NCBI GenBank assembly: GCA_019358935.1
Contig: JAHHIK010000050.1
Span: forward strand, 1 to 58,118
Direction of reading: 5' to 3'
DNA: 58,118 nt
Origin: Tolypothrix carrinoi HA7290-LM1
GTDB lineage: Bacteria > Cyanobacteriota > Cyanobacteriia > Cyanobacteriales > Nostocaceae
In this document: one piece after another, positions 48,960-58,118 of the stretch
Position numbering within the stretch: the stretch's first letter is position 1
Layout of the letters: every line of letters begins with the position of its first letter
The notes under the pieces: model-generated
Seen by the model: only the letters and a program-made list of their open reading frames with translations
Databases searched by the model: none
What the model was told of the DNA's origin: nothing
Program-made: the position numbers and the translations under genes

Positions 48960-49652
48960 AGTATTTCTTAATGTGTGAGGAATTGTTCTTTATAAAGGTT
49001 AAGATTTTTTTGGACGTTGGCGTAACCTGCACCCTGCGCGATCGCACTTGGCGCGAGAAGAGAGGAAAAACTGATACGGTAAACTTAAGTACAACTAAAT
49101 ATTTTAATAGCCACACCTGTTTAGAAAAACAACAGAGGCGATCAAGAACGCATCTCTTACTTGCTGGTTTTTGTTGATGGGTGTTTCCCATCTGTTCAAT
49201 CAAAAAAAGGATTTTGTGTATGCAGATAGCTGACCAAAAACGGCTTAATTTAGGGTCGCGTGGCTTGCCACACGACCTTAAATATAATTTTGGGGATAAA
49301 TGTCAAAATAATTATTAACTCATAATTCATAATTCATAATTAAAGAATCGGTAAAGCGCGAACACTGATTTTTTAATGAGCGCGGTCAACAATCCCGTCG
49401 AGAGTTCAAGCTCTCACTGATTGAAATTATGAATTATGAATTATCAATTACGAATTACGTTGACTTTGCTACAAGTAATTCTGAGTTGGGAAAACTCAAA
49501 ATAATTGTTACGGCTTATCCCCATGTTGTACCGATGCCAAATCTGAAAATTCTTCAATAAACCCGCATAAAGGCGTTTCCCGTAGGATAGCAGGCTTATT
49601 GAAGACGATGGGTGTGGACTTCACTGCGTAACCGCATAAAGTAATTTACTTT

Positions 49653-50096
49653 TTAGTTGAAACTAGAGCGGACGCGGGGTTTAACAATAGGTCGTGAGTC
49701 GTTTCCTTCTCTTGGTCTCGATTTTGGTGCTGGTAATCGCTCTTCGGAGTCTTCATCAAAAGACATACCTTCTCGACCTTGGGCATTACTGCCGTAGATA
49801 TCTAGGTATACTGATTGTCCAGCTGTTTCGGCGGCTGCGGCAATAACCGTGCGAATCGCCTGGATATTGCGTCCTCCCCGACCAAACACTTTTCCTTTAT
49901 CTGCGCTGTCAAAGGCTATGCGAATCCAAACTCGTTTGAGGATGTGAGAAATTTCACAATCGACGCTCAAAGACTGCGGAGATTCCAAAAACGGCTGCAC
50001 TAAAAACTTTACCAGCCTAACGTAGTCAGGACTGGCTGTCCTCAATTTTGTTTCGTCGTTATGATGCGGCTTTTGCACTGAGCTGTTCAAAAACAT
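49653..50096 (-). CDS. khpA: KH-domain RNA-binding protein
   Basis: [15 protein letters not shown]; directly downstream of rpsP. Confidence 0.9.
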   Translation of the reverse strand: MFLNSSVQKPHHNDETKLRTASPDYVRLVKFLVQPFLESPQSLSVDCEISHILKRVWIRIAFDSADKGKVFGRGGRNIQAIRTVIAAAAETAGQSVYLDIYGSNAQGREGMSFDEDSEERLPAPKSRPREGNDSRPIVKPRVRSSFN

Positions 50097-50319
50097 TAGC
50101 TTTTTGTAAGATGCTACGCACGGTGTCAGTTGGTTGAGCGCCTTGTTGCAGTCGCTTCACGATACCGTCAACATCAAGTCGCACTTCATCGGTTCTGGGG
50201 TTATAGAATCCAAGTTCTTCTAGGGGACGACCATCGCGGCGAGCGAGGCTGTTAATAGCGACAATACGATAACTTACTTCCCGTTTTTTTCCGTATCGCT
50301 TTAAGCGCAGTTTAATCAT
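50059..50319 (-). CDS. rpsP: 30S ribosomal protein S16
   Basis: [34 protein letters not shown]. Confidence 0.98.
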   Translation of the reverse strand: MIKLRLKRYGKKREVSYRIVAINSLARRDGRPLEELGFYNPRTDEVRLDVDGIVKRLQQGAQPTDTVRSILQKANVFEQLSAKAAS

Positions 50320-50571
50320 GATTGAGAAAATATTCTCCTATGCGTGACCTATCAGTTTGTAGCTTGTTGATGCTGGAATGCTAATTTTAGCACTAGCCTA
50401 GCATTAACTGCTATGAGTCAATGGGCAGGGGGCAGGGGGCAGGGGGCAGGGGGCAGGGGGCATTGGGCAGGGGGCATTGGGAATAGGTAATACAAAAAAT
50501 TGTCCCCCTACTTTCCCTTGTCTCCTTGTCGCCTTGTCCCCCTTGTCTCCCTTGTCCCCGATTCTCCATGC

Positions 50572-52029
50572 CTAAAGATTACCAAAGCCTTTCTTCTTTT
50601 TATCTTTCTTTTTCTTTTTGGCACTTGCAGCGCCAGTATAACCTCGCCATCCTGGGGCGGGGGGACGATTGCCTGCTGGGTAGGGGTTGCCCATACCACC
50701 GCCGAACATACCGGGCATACCGGGCATACCACCACCTTGACCCATTTGCTGCATAAGCGATCGCATTTTTTGGAAATCAGCTACCAACTTACTCACATCG
50801 GCTTCTCTATAACCAGAGCCACCCGCAATTCTCCGCCGTCGGCTGGGAGAACTTGCCAACAAATCAGGATCGTGGCGTTCCTGTTTGGTCATCGAGTTAA
50901 TCATCGCTTCACAGCGTTTTAGCTGGGTTTCTCCCTGCTTGAGCTGATCGTCTGATAGCTTGTTCATCCCTGGAATCATCTTGATGATACCACCCAGCGA
51001 TCCCATGTTTTTCAGCAGGCGCAACTGTTTGAGAAAGTCGGTAAAATCGAACTTTGCGGAAAGGATTTTCTCCTGCATTTTCTCGGCATCTGCCAAGTCG
51101 ATTTCTTCTTGGGCTTTTTCTACCAGCGTCAGAACATCGCCCATTCCCAAAATTCGCGATGCCATCCGGTCAGGGTAAAATGGTTGCAGAGCCTCGACTT
51201 TTTCACCCACGCCGACAAACTTAATCGGCGCTCCGGAAATTTGCCGCACCGAGAGCGCTGCCCCTCCACGGCTATCGCCATCGAGTTTGGTGAGAATCGC
51301 TCCAGTAATGCCGATTTGCTCGTGGAAGGTGCGGGTAAGATTTGCCGCTTCTTGACCGGTCATCGAGTCCACTACCAAGAGCGTTTCGTGCGGTTGGACT
51401 GTTTGTTTGATCCGGGCTAACTCCCCCATCATCTCTTCATCAATTTGCAAGCGCCCCGCAGTATCGATTATTACTGTATCAACACCTTCGGCTCGACCGC
51501 GTTCGATACCTTGACGGGCAATTTCTACTGGGTCTGCATCGCTTCCCAGTTCAAATACTGGCACGTCAATTTGCTTACCTAGTGTTATTAGCTGGTCAAT
51601 AGCTGCCGGACGATACACGTCTGTTGCCACCATTAAGCAGCTGCGTTCTAATTTACGTAAATGTAAAGCTAACTTAGCTGTGGCTGTGGTTTTACCGGTT
51701 CCCTGCAACCCAGCCATCAGCACAACGGTGGGCAATTTTTCAGCTTGTGCTAAGGGAACATTCACATCCCCCATTACCTGCACCAGCTCATCGTAAACAA
51801 TTTTAATGAACTGTTGGTCAGGTCGCACGCCAGCAGTTACCTCGGCTCCCTGAGCCTTTTCCTCGACATCGGTAATAAAATCTTTAACTACCTGAAGATT
51901 GACATCTGCTTCCAACAAAGCGCGACGCACTTCGCGCAAAGCGTCTTGAATGTTGGATTGGGAAATTTTGTCCTGTCCTCGCAGTTTCTTCCAGGCAGCT
52001 TCTAAACGGTCAGATAGAGCATCAAACAT
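50572..52029 (-). CDS. ffh: Signal recognition particle protein
   Basis: GLQGTGKTT, DTAGR, TKLD, Met-rich M domain. Confidence 0.98.
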   Translation of the reverse strand: MFDALSDRLEAAWKKLRGQDKISQSNIQDALREVRRALLEADVNLQVVKDFITDVEEKAQGAEVTAGVRPDQQFIKIVYDELVQVMGDVNVPLAQAEKLPTVVLMAGLQGTGKTTATAKLALHLRKLERSCLMVATDVYRPAAIDQLITLGKQIDVPVFELGSDADPVEIARQGIERGRAEGVDTVIIDTAGRLQIDEEMMGELARIKQTVQPHETLLVVDSMTGQEAANLTRTFHEQIGITGAILTKLDGDSRGGAALSVRQISGAPIKFVGVGEKVEALQPFYPDRMASRILGMGDVLTLVEKAQEEIDLADAEKMQEKILSAKFDFTDFLKQLRLLKNMGSLGGIIKMIPGMNKLSDDQLKQGETQLKRCEAMINSMTKQERHDPDLLASSPSRRRRIAGGSGYREADVSKLVADFQKMRSLMQQMGQGGGMPGMPGMFGGGMGNPYPAGNRPPAPGWRGYTGAASAKKKKKDKKKKGFGNL

Positions 52030-52173
52030 AATTTGGTTACAGGTAGTTAGCCGACAACGAAGCTAGCAATAGCGTTTGGGTGCTACTGTTTAACTTCCGA
52101 TATTTTCAGGTGCTATTTACCAGCTTAGTAGTTTTCATTCCGTCTGTAGCTACTCAATACCTAGTAGTTTAAA

Positions 52174-52457
52174 GGGGAATGGGGAATGGGGAATGGGTAA
52201 TGGGGGAATGGGGAATGGGGAATGGGGATTTTTAAGAGGGGGAAAGGGGGAAAGGGGAAAGGGGAAAGGGGAAAGGGTTTTAGAAGAGGGGGAAAAGGGG
52301 AGGCAGTGCGGTCTTGGGGTCTCCCCAAGTGGAGCATCTGCCGTGAAAAGGAAAAGAATTATTACCAATGCCCCATGCCCAATGCCCCATGCCCAATTAC
52401 CAATTACCAATTCCCAATGCCCCATGCCCATTGCCCAATGCCCAATTCCCTATGCCC
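52174..52457. repeat. STRR/SDR composite; 52221-52380 is an inverted copy of 56940-57090
   Basis: (GGGGAAT)n, (GGGGAAA)n, GGCAGTGCGGTCTTGGGGTCTCCCCAAGTGGAGCATCTGCCG, (CCCAATG)n. Confidence 0.9.
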
Positions 52458-53032
52458 AAAAAAATGTAACATTTATATATCACAATATATATTGAGTTAT
52501 GATTCATACATTGTCTTGATTTCCTGACAAGAGAGATGGACAGTAGTAAAGCGATCGCTCTTTCCCACCTCTTTCTTTATCCCTAACCAGATGACTCAGC
52601 CAAAGCTTCACATAGTTCAGACATCTTTTAGAAAGAATGACTCTTACGTTGCCTTCATACCGCTTTATCAAAGACGGAATTAAGCAGTTATCAAGAAGTG
52701 TCACAGATTAATACACGCAAATAAAAGATTTTTTTGTGAAAACTGATACATAATTTTCCGAATTAGGAATTTATCTATCAATTCAGCTTGGCGATCGCCT
52801 TATATATTCTTATCAAGATTCCCTAATTAATCGGGCACTGCATTACCGATAAAAACTTCTCTAGTTTTCATACCTGCCTGTAACAAAATGCCTTGGTTAT
52901 GCCACGTTATGTCAGCAAGAGTGCATCATATCGTGTAATTTACTATTTTGTCTTAGGACTCGCGGGTTGAATCACGGGTAGATTCTGGGTTGATTGAACT
53001 AATTGTAAAAACAACAAGGAAAGTATTTAAGC

Positions 53033-54184
53033 ATGACTCTAACCAATCGGAAAAATAGTACTTTTTCTCAAGAAGCGAAAGCAGAACTGATTTCATTGCT
53101 CAAGCAGATTATTATTCTGGCTGCTATAGGTCTTATAGTGATGCTGCTGACGAACGGTAAACCACCAGCAGTTGTGGTTGGTTTGAGCTTTTGCTTAACT
53201 GCTTTTATTGTAGCCAGAAGCGAACAGAAGCGGCTTTTGCAAAAGCCTCAATTGACATCTAAAACTAACAATTTATCAGCAGCTACCCTCCACGATGCTG
53301 ACTTGAGCGATGCGGAAATTAACCAGCTATCAGTTCATCAAGATTTGCTACAAAAATTAGTTTATCAAGTATCTTCAGAGCAATTAAGCAAAGCTCACTT
53401 TCTCCTTGCCAACCTCAATAATATCAACCTCAATAATATCAACCTTGATGATGTTTACTTCAGTGGTACTAATCTTAGTAATGCCCAGTTAGTAAATGCC
53501 AGCTTTTTAAATGGCAACTTCTGCGGTGCTAACCTCAGCAATGCAAATCTCAGCAGTGCTAATCTCAGCAATGCAAACCTCAGCAATGCAAATCTCAGCA
53601 ATGCAAACCTCAGCAATGCAAATCTCAGCAATGCAAATCTCAGCAGTGCCAACCTCAACAATGCTCAGTTAATAGATGCAAACCTCAGCAATGCTAACCT
53701 TAGTGATGCCAACTTCAGTAATGCCAACCTCAACAATGCCAGCCTTAGTGGTGTTTACTTATGGAATGGCAACTTCAACGATGCTCAACTAGTAGGTGCG
53801 AACTTCAGCAATGCCTACATGAATAGTGCCAAGCTGAAGAATGCCAATCTCAGCAGTGCTAACTTAATGGATGCTAAACTAAGCGATGCCAAACTTAAGG
53901 ATGCTAACCTCAGCAATGCCGACCTGAGAGGGGCAGACCTCAGCAGTGCTAATTTGAAGAATGCTAACTTTAGCCATGCTAACCTCAAAGATGCGAATTT
54001 ATGTGGGGCTAATTTAGAAGATGCAAACCTGAATAATGCTGATTTGAGAAATGCTGATTTGAGCAATGCCAACTTGAATAATGTGAAAGTCGAGAAAACT
54101 CGCTTTGGATGCAATCAAGGCTTTTCTGAAGAGATGAAGTTAGAGTTAAAGCTTATAGGGGCAATTTTTGAGGGTAATGGGTAA
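53033..54184 (+). CDS. Pentapeptide repeat protein with two N-terminal TM segments
   Basis: More than 40 A(N/D)LXX repeats. Confidence 0.95.
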   Translation: MTLTNRKNSTFSQEAKAELISLLKQIIILAAIGLIVMLLTNGKPPAVVVGLSFCLTAFIVARSEQKRLLQKPQLTSKTNNLSAATLHDADLSDAEINQLSVHQDLLQKLVYQVSSEQLSKAHFLLANLNNINLNNINLDDVYFSGTNLSNAQLVNASFLNGNFCGANLSNANLSSANLSNANLSNANLSNANLSNANLSNANLSSANLNNAQLIDANLSNANLSDANFSNANLNNASLSGVYLWNGNFNDAQLVGANFSNAYMNSAKLKNANLSSANLMDAKLSDAKLKDANLSNADLRGADLSSANLKNANFSHANLKDANLCGANLEDANLNNADLRNADLSNANLNNVKVEKTRFGCNQGFSEEMKLELKLIGAIFEGNG

Positions 54185-54194
54185 TGGGTAATTG

Positions 54195-54460
54195 GTAATG
54201 GGTAATGGGTAATTGGTGAGCCAGTGCGTTGGGGAGGCAGTGCGTTGCGGAGGTTCCCTCCGTTGAAGCACCTGCCGTCGGGTCTCCCGACTTGAAGCAC
54301 CTTCAGAACCCCGAAGGGGTAATGGGTAATGGGTAATTGGTGAGCCAGTGCGTTGGGGAGGCAGTGCGTTGCGGAGGTTCCCTCCGTTGAAGCACCTGCC
54401 GTCGGGTCTCCCGACTTGAAGCACCTTCAGAACCCCGAAGGGGTAATGGGTAATGGGGTA
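54195..54460 (+). repeat. Tandem duplication of a 124-bp SDR/STRR unit
   Basis: TGAGCCAGTGCGTTGGGGAGG...CAGAACCCCGAAGGG at 54217 and 54341. Confidence 0.9.
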
Positions 54461-54489
54461 ACAGTTGACACTATATGGTGGAAGGTTGT

Positions 54490-55122
54490 ATGACTAGCAA
54501 CACTTTGATTCAGCCAGAAGAAATAATTCACTTATCTGGTATTAGTTGGCAAACTTATGAAACTTTGCTGACTGAACTTAGTTATAGTCGGCGGATGCGA
54601 CTTACTTACAATCGTGGGAATCTAGAAATCATGGCTCCTTCTCCTGAACATGAAATTTACAAAAAGACAATGGGTCGATTTGTCGAAACCCTTGCCGAAG
54701 AATTAAATATTAGAATTTATCCCCTTGGTTCCACAACTTTCAAACGTCCAGAACTAAGCGGAACAGAGCCAGACGAATGCTTTTACATTAAAAATATCAA
54801 CATAGTTCAAGGTAAAAAAAGAATAGATTTAACTCAAGATCCACCGCCAGATTTAGTAGTGGAAATTGATATTACTAGTAGTTCTGAAAATCGCTTTCAA
54901 GTATATGCAGATATTGGTGTGCCGGAAATTTGGCGATATGATGGCAAGTCTTTCCGTATTAATATACTTCAGAATCAAGAATATGTAACTGTTGAAAGAA
55001 GTTTAGCATTTCCTAATTTACCTATTGCCGAAATCTCTAATTTTTTACAACAGGTTGGGCAGAAAGATTATTTAGAGTTAGTTAGGGAATTTCGTGATTG
55101 GATTAAAAGTCAAATTCAGTAA
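54490..55122 (+). CDS. Uma2-family endonuclease
   Basis: ISWQTYE, EIMAPSPEHE, EPDECFY, PPDLVVEID, GVPEIWRYDG. Confidence 0.95.
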   Translation: MTSNTLIQPEEIIHLSGISWQTYETLLTELSYSRRMRLTYNRGNLEIMAPSPEHEIYKKTMGRFVETLAEELNIRIYPLGSTTFKRPELSGTEPDECFYIKNINIVQGKKRIDLTQDPPPDLVVEIDITSSSENRFQVYADIGVPEIWRYDGKSFRINILQNQEYVTVERSLAFPNLPIAEISNFLQQVGQKDYLELVREFRDWIKSQIQ

Positions 55123-55129
55123 AATCTTT

Positions 55130-55378
55130 GTTGGTTATTAGTTGTTGGTAGTTAGTTGTTAATTGTTAGTTGTTGGTAGTTAGTTGTTAATTGTTAGTTG
55201 TTGGTAGTTAGTTGTTAATTGTTAGTTGTTGGTTATTATCCGCTATCTACTATCCACCAACCACTATCCAAATTCCACTATCTACTATCCACCAACCACT
55301 ATCTACTATCCACCAACCGCTATCTACTATCCACCAACCACTATCCACCAACCACTATCCACTATCCACCAACCAAAT
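55130..55378. repeat. STRR arrays between convergent genes
   Basis: 25-bp (TAGTTGTTGGTAGTTAGTTGTTAAT)-like units and (CTATCCACCAACCA)n. Confidence 0.9.
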
Positions 55379-56744
55379 CCTCTACAGCACTGGCTTGATT
55401 TGGCAATGCAGCTGTTAAAACTTCGCTGCCTTCTGTTGTAACTAAAACATCATCTTCAATGCGGATTCCGCGTACATCGGGAAATTGAGATAAACGCTGC
55501 CAGTTGACGAGATTATGATACTTTGAGCGCAGGTTAGCATCATTTAAAATCGCTGGAACTTGATAAAAACCAGGTTCGATTGTAACTAACATTCCCGGAC
55601 GGAGGGGACGATTTAAACGTAGGTAGCCTAAGCCAAAGCGATCGCTTCTTTCTCTTTTCTCTTCATACCCTGCCAAATCCCCCAAGTCTTCCATATCATG
55701 CACATCCAAACCCAGCAAATGACCGATTCCGTGGGGGAAAAACAGCGCGTGAGCATCCATTTCTACTAAGTCTTCCGGATTTCCTTTCAAAATGCCTAAA
55801 TTTACTAAACCTTCAGCAATGACGGTGCAAGCTAGTAAATGAATATCCTCATACTCTACACCAGGGCGAATTTTGGCAATGCACGCATCATGAGCCGCCA
55901 ATACTACATCATAAATATCTCTCTGGGTAGATGAAAACTTTCCAGATACAGCCCAAGTGCGAGTGACATCAGCCGCCCAACCGATTTCAGTTTCCGCACC
56001 GACATCAGCAAGTAGTAAATCACCAGGTTGCAAAGAATGGTGATAGTGTTCGTTATGCAGAACTTCCCCATGAACGGTGACAATACTGTTGTAGGAAGTA
56101 GTCATGTTATGGGCGATGATAACTGCTTCCATCGCTGCCCGCACTTCTGCTTCTATTTTGGCGTTAGTTGTAGCACGCATACCAGCTTTGTGCGCTTCGA
56201 CGGTGACAGCTGCGGCTTTTCTTAACTCAATTAATGCGGCTTCGTCGTGGGTGAGACGCACCGTAACAATTGCTTTGGCTAACTCAAAGTCAATTCCGGC
56301 TGGCTGAATTTGCGGTAATACTAATCTATCCAACAGTTGCGATTGTTGCGTCCAAGTACCAGCATCTTGCACGGCAATTGTTGCCGCACCTTCTACTGAT
56401 AATTCTAATTCCACCATTGGTTTAGCAACATCCGCGCCAATTTTCTGGGCGATTTCTTCTCTTCTAGGCATTTCTCCATGCCATAAAGCGCTACTAGGTT
56501 TAGGATCGTCCATGAATAGTTCTAATTTGCCGGCTTCTAAGCGAATTACCGCATTTGGCAAGGGAAGTCCGGCAAAATAGAGGAAATGACTGTTAGCGCG
56601 AAAGGGAAAGACATTTGCTGGAAAGTTACGCGGATTGCTATTTCCTGACCAGAGAATTACCGGAAAATCAATCAGGCTGGCTAGTTTTTGTCTTCGCTGC
56701 CGTAGAGTATCGACAAGGGAGTTAGAAGTGTTTTGTATCAGCAT
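55362..56744 (-). CDS. pepP: Xaa-Pro aminopeptidase (M24B)
   Basis: LADVGAE..ADVTRT, PHGIGHLLGLDVHD, TIEPG, GIRIEDD; the ORF extension to 56807 is STRR-derived. Confidence 0.93.
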   Translation of the reverse strand: MLIQNTSNSLVDTLRQRRQKLASLIDFPVILWSGNSNPRNFPANVFPFRANSHFLYFAGLPLPNAVIRLEAGKLELFMDDPKPSSALWHGEMPRREEIAQKIGADVAKPMVELELSVEGAATIAVQDAGTWTQQSQLLDRLVLPQIQPAGIDFELAKAIVTVRLTHDEAALIELRKAAAVTVEAHKAGMRATTNAKIEAEVRAAMEAVIIAHNMTTSYNSIVTVHGEVLHNEHYHHSLQPGDLLLADVGAETEIGWAADVTRTWAVSGKFSSTQRDIYDVVLAAHDACIAKIRPGVEYEDIHLLACTVIAEGLVNLGILKGNPEDLVEMDAHALFFPHGIGHLLGLDVHDMEDLGDLAGYEEKRERSDRFGLGYLRLNRPLRPGMLVTIEPGFYQVPAILNDANLRSKYHNLVNWQRLSQFPDVRGIRIEDDVLVTTEGSEVLTAALPNQASAVEDLVGG

Positions 56745-57097
56745 GGGGCATTGGGCATTGGTAATAGGTAATAGGTAATAGGTAATTGGGCATGGGGCAT
56801 GGGGCATATCAAGAGGGGGAAAGGTTAAAGGGGAAAGGGGAAAGGTATGGAAATAAAGAGTTGTTCAAAGTTGCTCATGCGGATTTCTTCTTTAAAAGTC
56901 CTTTTCCCTTTTCCCTTTCCCCTTTGACCCAAATTCAAAGGGCATGGGGCATTGGTAATAATTCTTTTCCTTTTCACGGCAGATGCTCCACTTGGGGAGA
57001 CCCCAAGACCGCACTGCCTCCCCTTTTCCCCTCTTCTAAAACCCTTTCCCCTTTCCCCTTTCCCCTTTCCCCCTCTTAAAAATCCCCATTACCCATT
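56745..57097. repeat. STRR/SDR composite (inverted partner of 52221-52380)
   Basis: 56940-57090 is the reverse complement of 52221-52380 apart from heptamer count and minor differences. Confidence 0.9.
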
Positions 57098-57099
57098 TT

Positions 57100-57384
57100 C
57101 TAGTTTTTATCGTCGTCTTTATCGTCGTCTTTGTCGTCGTCTTTGTCGTCGTCTTTATCGTCGTCTTTTTCGTCGTCTTTTTGGTCGTTGTTAGAACGGA
57201 CAGGCTGTTGGTTAGTCTGATTATTGTACTGAGTATTTTGTTGATTTTGTTGCTGGGTTTCAGTCTGTGGCTTTGGTTCGTCCTGACCGCAGCTGACTAA
57301 ACCCCCGGAGATTAACGCTAAGTTGACAGCAGTGAAAATGCTGGCGATCGCCTTTATCCATAAGTTTCCGTTTTTATTTAACAT
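57100..57384 (-). CDS. Small lipoprotein with Q/N-rich linker and (DDKD)n tail
   Basis: Lipobox LVS-C; 12-bp tandem repeats. Confidence 0.8.
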   Translation of the reverse strand: MLNKNGNLWIKAIASIFTAVNLALISGGLVSCGQDEPKPQTETQQQNQQNTQYNNQTNQQPVRSNNDQKDDEKDDDKDDDKDDDKDDDKDDDKN

Positions 57385-57521
57385 TGGCTCAAACTCTTGG
57401 AGTTAGAATTACTAATCCTACAGTACTGCGATCCGAGTTGTTGTTATCAAACTATTGACAAAGATATCAACTTGTGAATTTGTCACAATAGTTAAAGAAG
57501 CCTATTTCTCAGGTTAAAAAA

Positions 57522-57971
57522 ATGTCTGCTAAAAATCAAGTAAAGTTGAGCAATACGCCAATCGGCGATTGGTCGATTGAGCAATTGCCGGGATTAAGTC
57601 AGGAAGAACTATCCCAACTCCAAAACTGCGGTATCTTTACCACAAAAGAGCTATTTAAACAAGGAAATACTCTCCAATCTAAAGTGGCGCTGGCAAATAA
57701 ATTACAAGTTCATCTTCAGTATGTAAATAAATGGGTGGCTTTGGCGGATTTGGCTCGGATTCCGAGTGTGGGGACGCAATATTGCGGATTATTGCTTCAT
57801 GCGGGTATTGGTTCAGTAGCGCAGTTGGCAGAGACTCCCACGCACAGATTGCATCAACAAATTATGCGCTTGCAGGTAGCAACCATGCAGCGACGAGATT
57901 TATGTCCGGCGATTGAGTTAGTGCAACAATGGTGTCAGCAAGCAAAAACAGTTACGAATCAAAAGTTATGA
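57522..57971 (+). CDS. DUF4332 (helix-hairpin-helix) protein
   Basis: IEQLPGL..WVALADLARIPSVG..LLLHAGI. Confidence 0.85.
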   Translation: MSAKNQVKLSNTPIGDWSIEQLPGLSQEELSQLQNCGIFTTKELFKQGNTLQSKVALANKLQVHLQYVNKWVALADLARIPSVGTQYCGLLLHAGIGSVAQLAETPTHRLHQQIMRLQVATMQRRDLCPAIELVQQWCQQAKTVTNQKL

Positions 57972-58004
57972 TTTACCTTTGGCGTGATTGATTATAAGGT
58001 GGAT

Positions 58005-58100
58005 GCCGAAAACCCCGGAAGAACAGGAACGTAGTTCCGTATTCTGTGCAATAGATGCGGGGATGAAGGCTGACAGCAGGATTTATCCTGCCTTCAAGCT
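58005..58100. mobile_element. Possible IS200/IS605-type end or derived miniature element
   Basis: GAAAACCCCG...CGGGGATGAA hairpin arms plus a GCAGGATTTATCCTGC palindrome at the window edge. Confidence 0.4.
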
Positions 58101-58118
58101 TTTTGTTGTTCTATATAC

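Noticed and set aside
54195..54460. CRISPR-like repeat
   Set aside because: Whole-unit tandem duplication of an SDR/STRR composite with no spacer
57473..57487. CRP-type site TGTGA-N-TCACA
   Set aside because: Spacer is 5 bp, not 6; a dyad is present but cannot be assigned

Overview
Chromosomal window from a heterocyst-forming (Nostocales-type) cyanobacterium, inferred from very frequent HIP1 (GCGATCGC) sites, heptamer STRR arrays, SDR-type small dispersed repeats and gene content. The left ~14 kb is accessory. It holds the end of an IS200/IS605 element, a toxin-antitoxin pair, an ECF-like sigma factor / TPR / secreted-protein module whose TPR 3' end plus putative promoter is duplicated in front of a second secreted gene, MITEs, a frameshifted tnpB element with a divergent small gene, and an intact IS607. 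Next come rsmE, a CheB/CheR-containing chemosensory operon (MCP, 3xHpt CheA, CheB, CheR, double CheW, PatA-like regulator), and sulfite reductase with an apparent C-terminal ribbon-helix-helix fusion. A decayed islet beside tRNA-Thr/tRNA-Tyr carries a disrupted integrase, a free-standing PD-(D/E)XK endonuclease and a tRNA-Arg(UCU). The right part has a DUF4388/MglA/MglB/V4R module, the core genes phoH-khpA-rpsP-ffh, a pentapeptide protein, Uma2 genes and pepP. Many genes carry tiny inserted repeats, several exactly within HIP1 sites. No CRISPR array or rRNA was seen. All calls come from reading motifs by eye; no searches were run.
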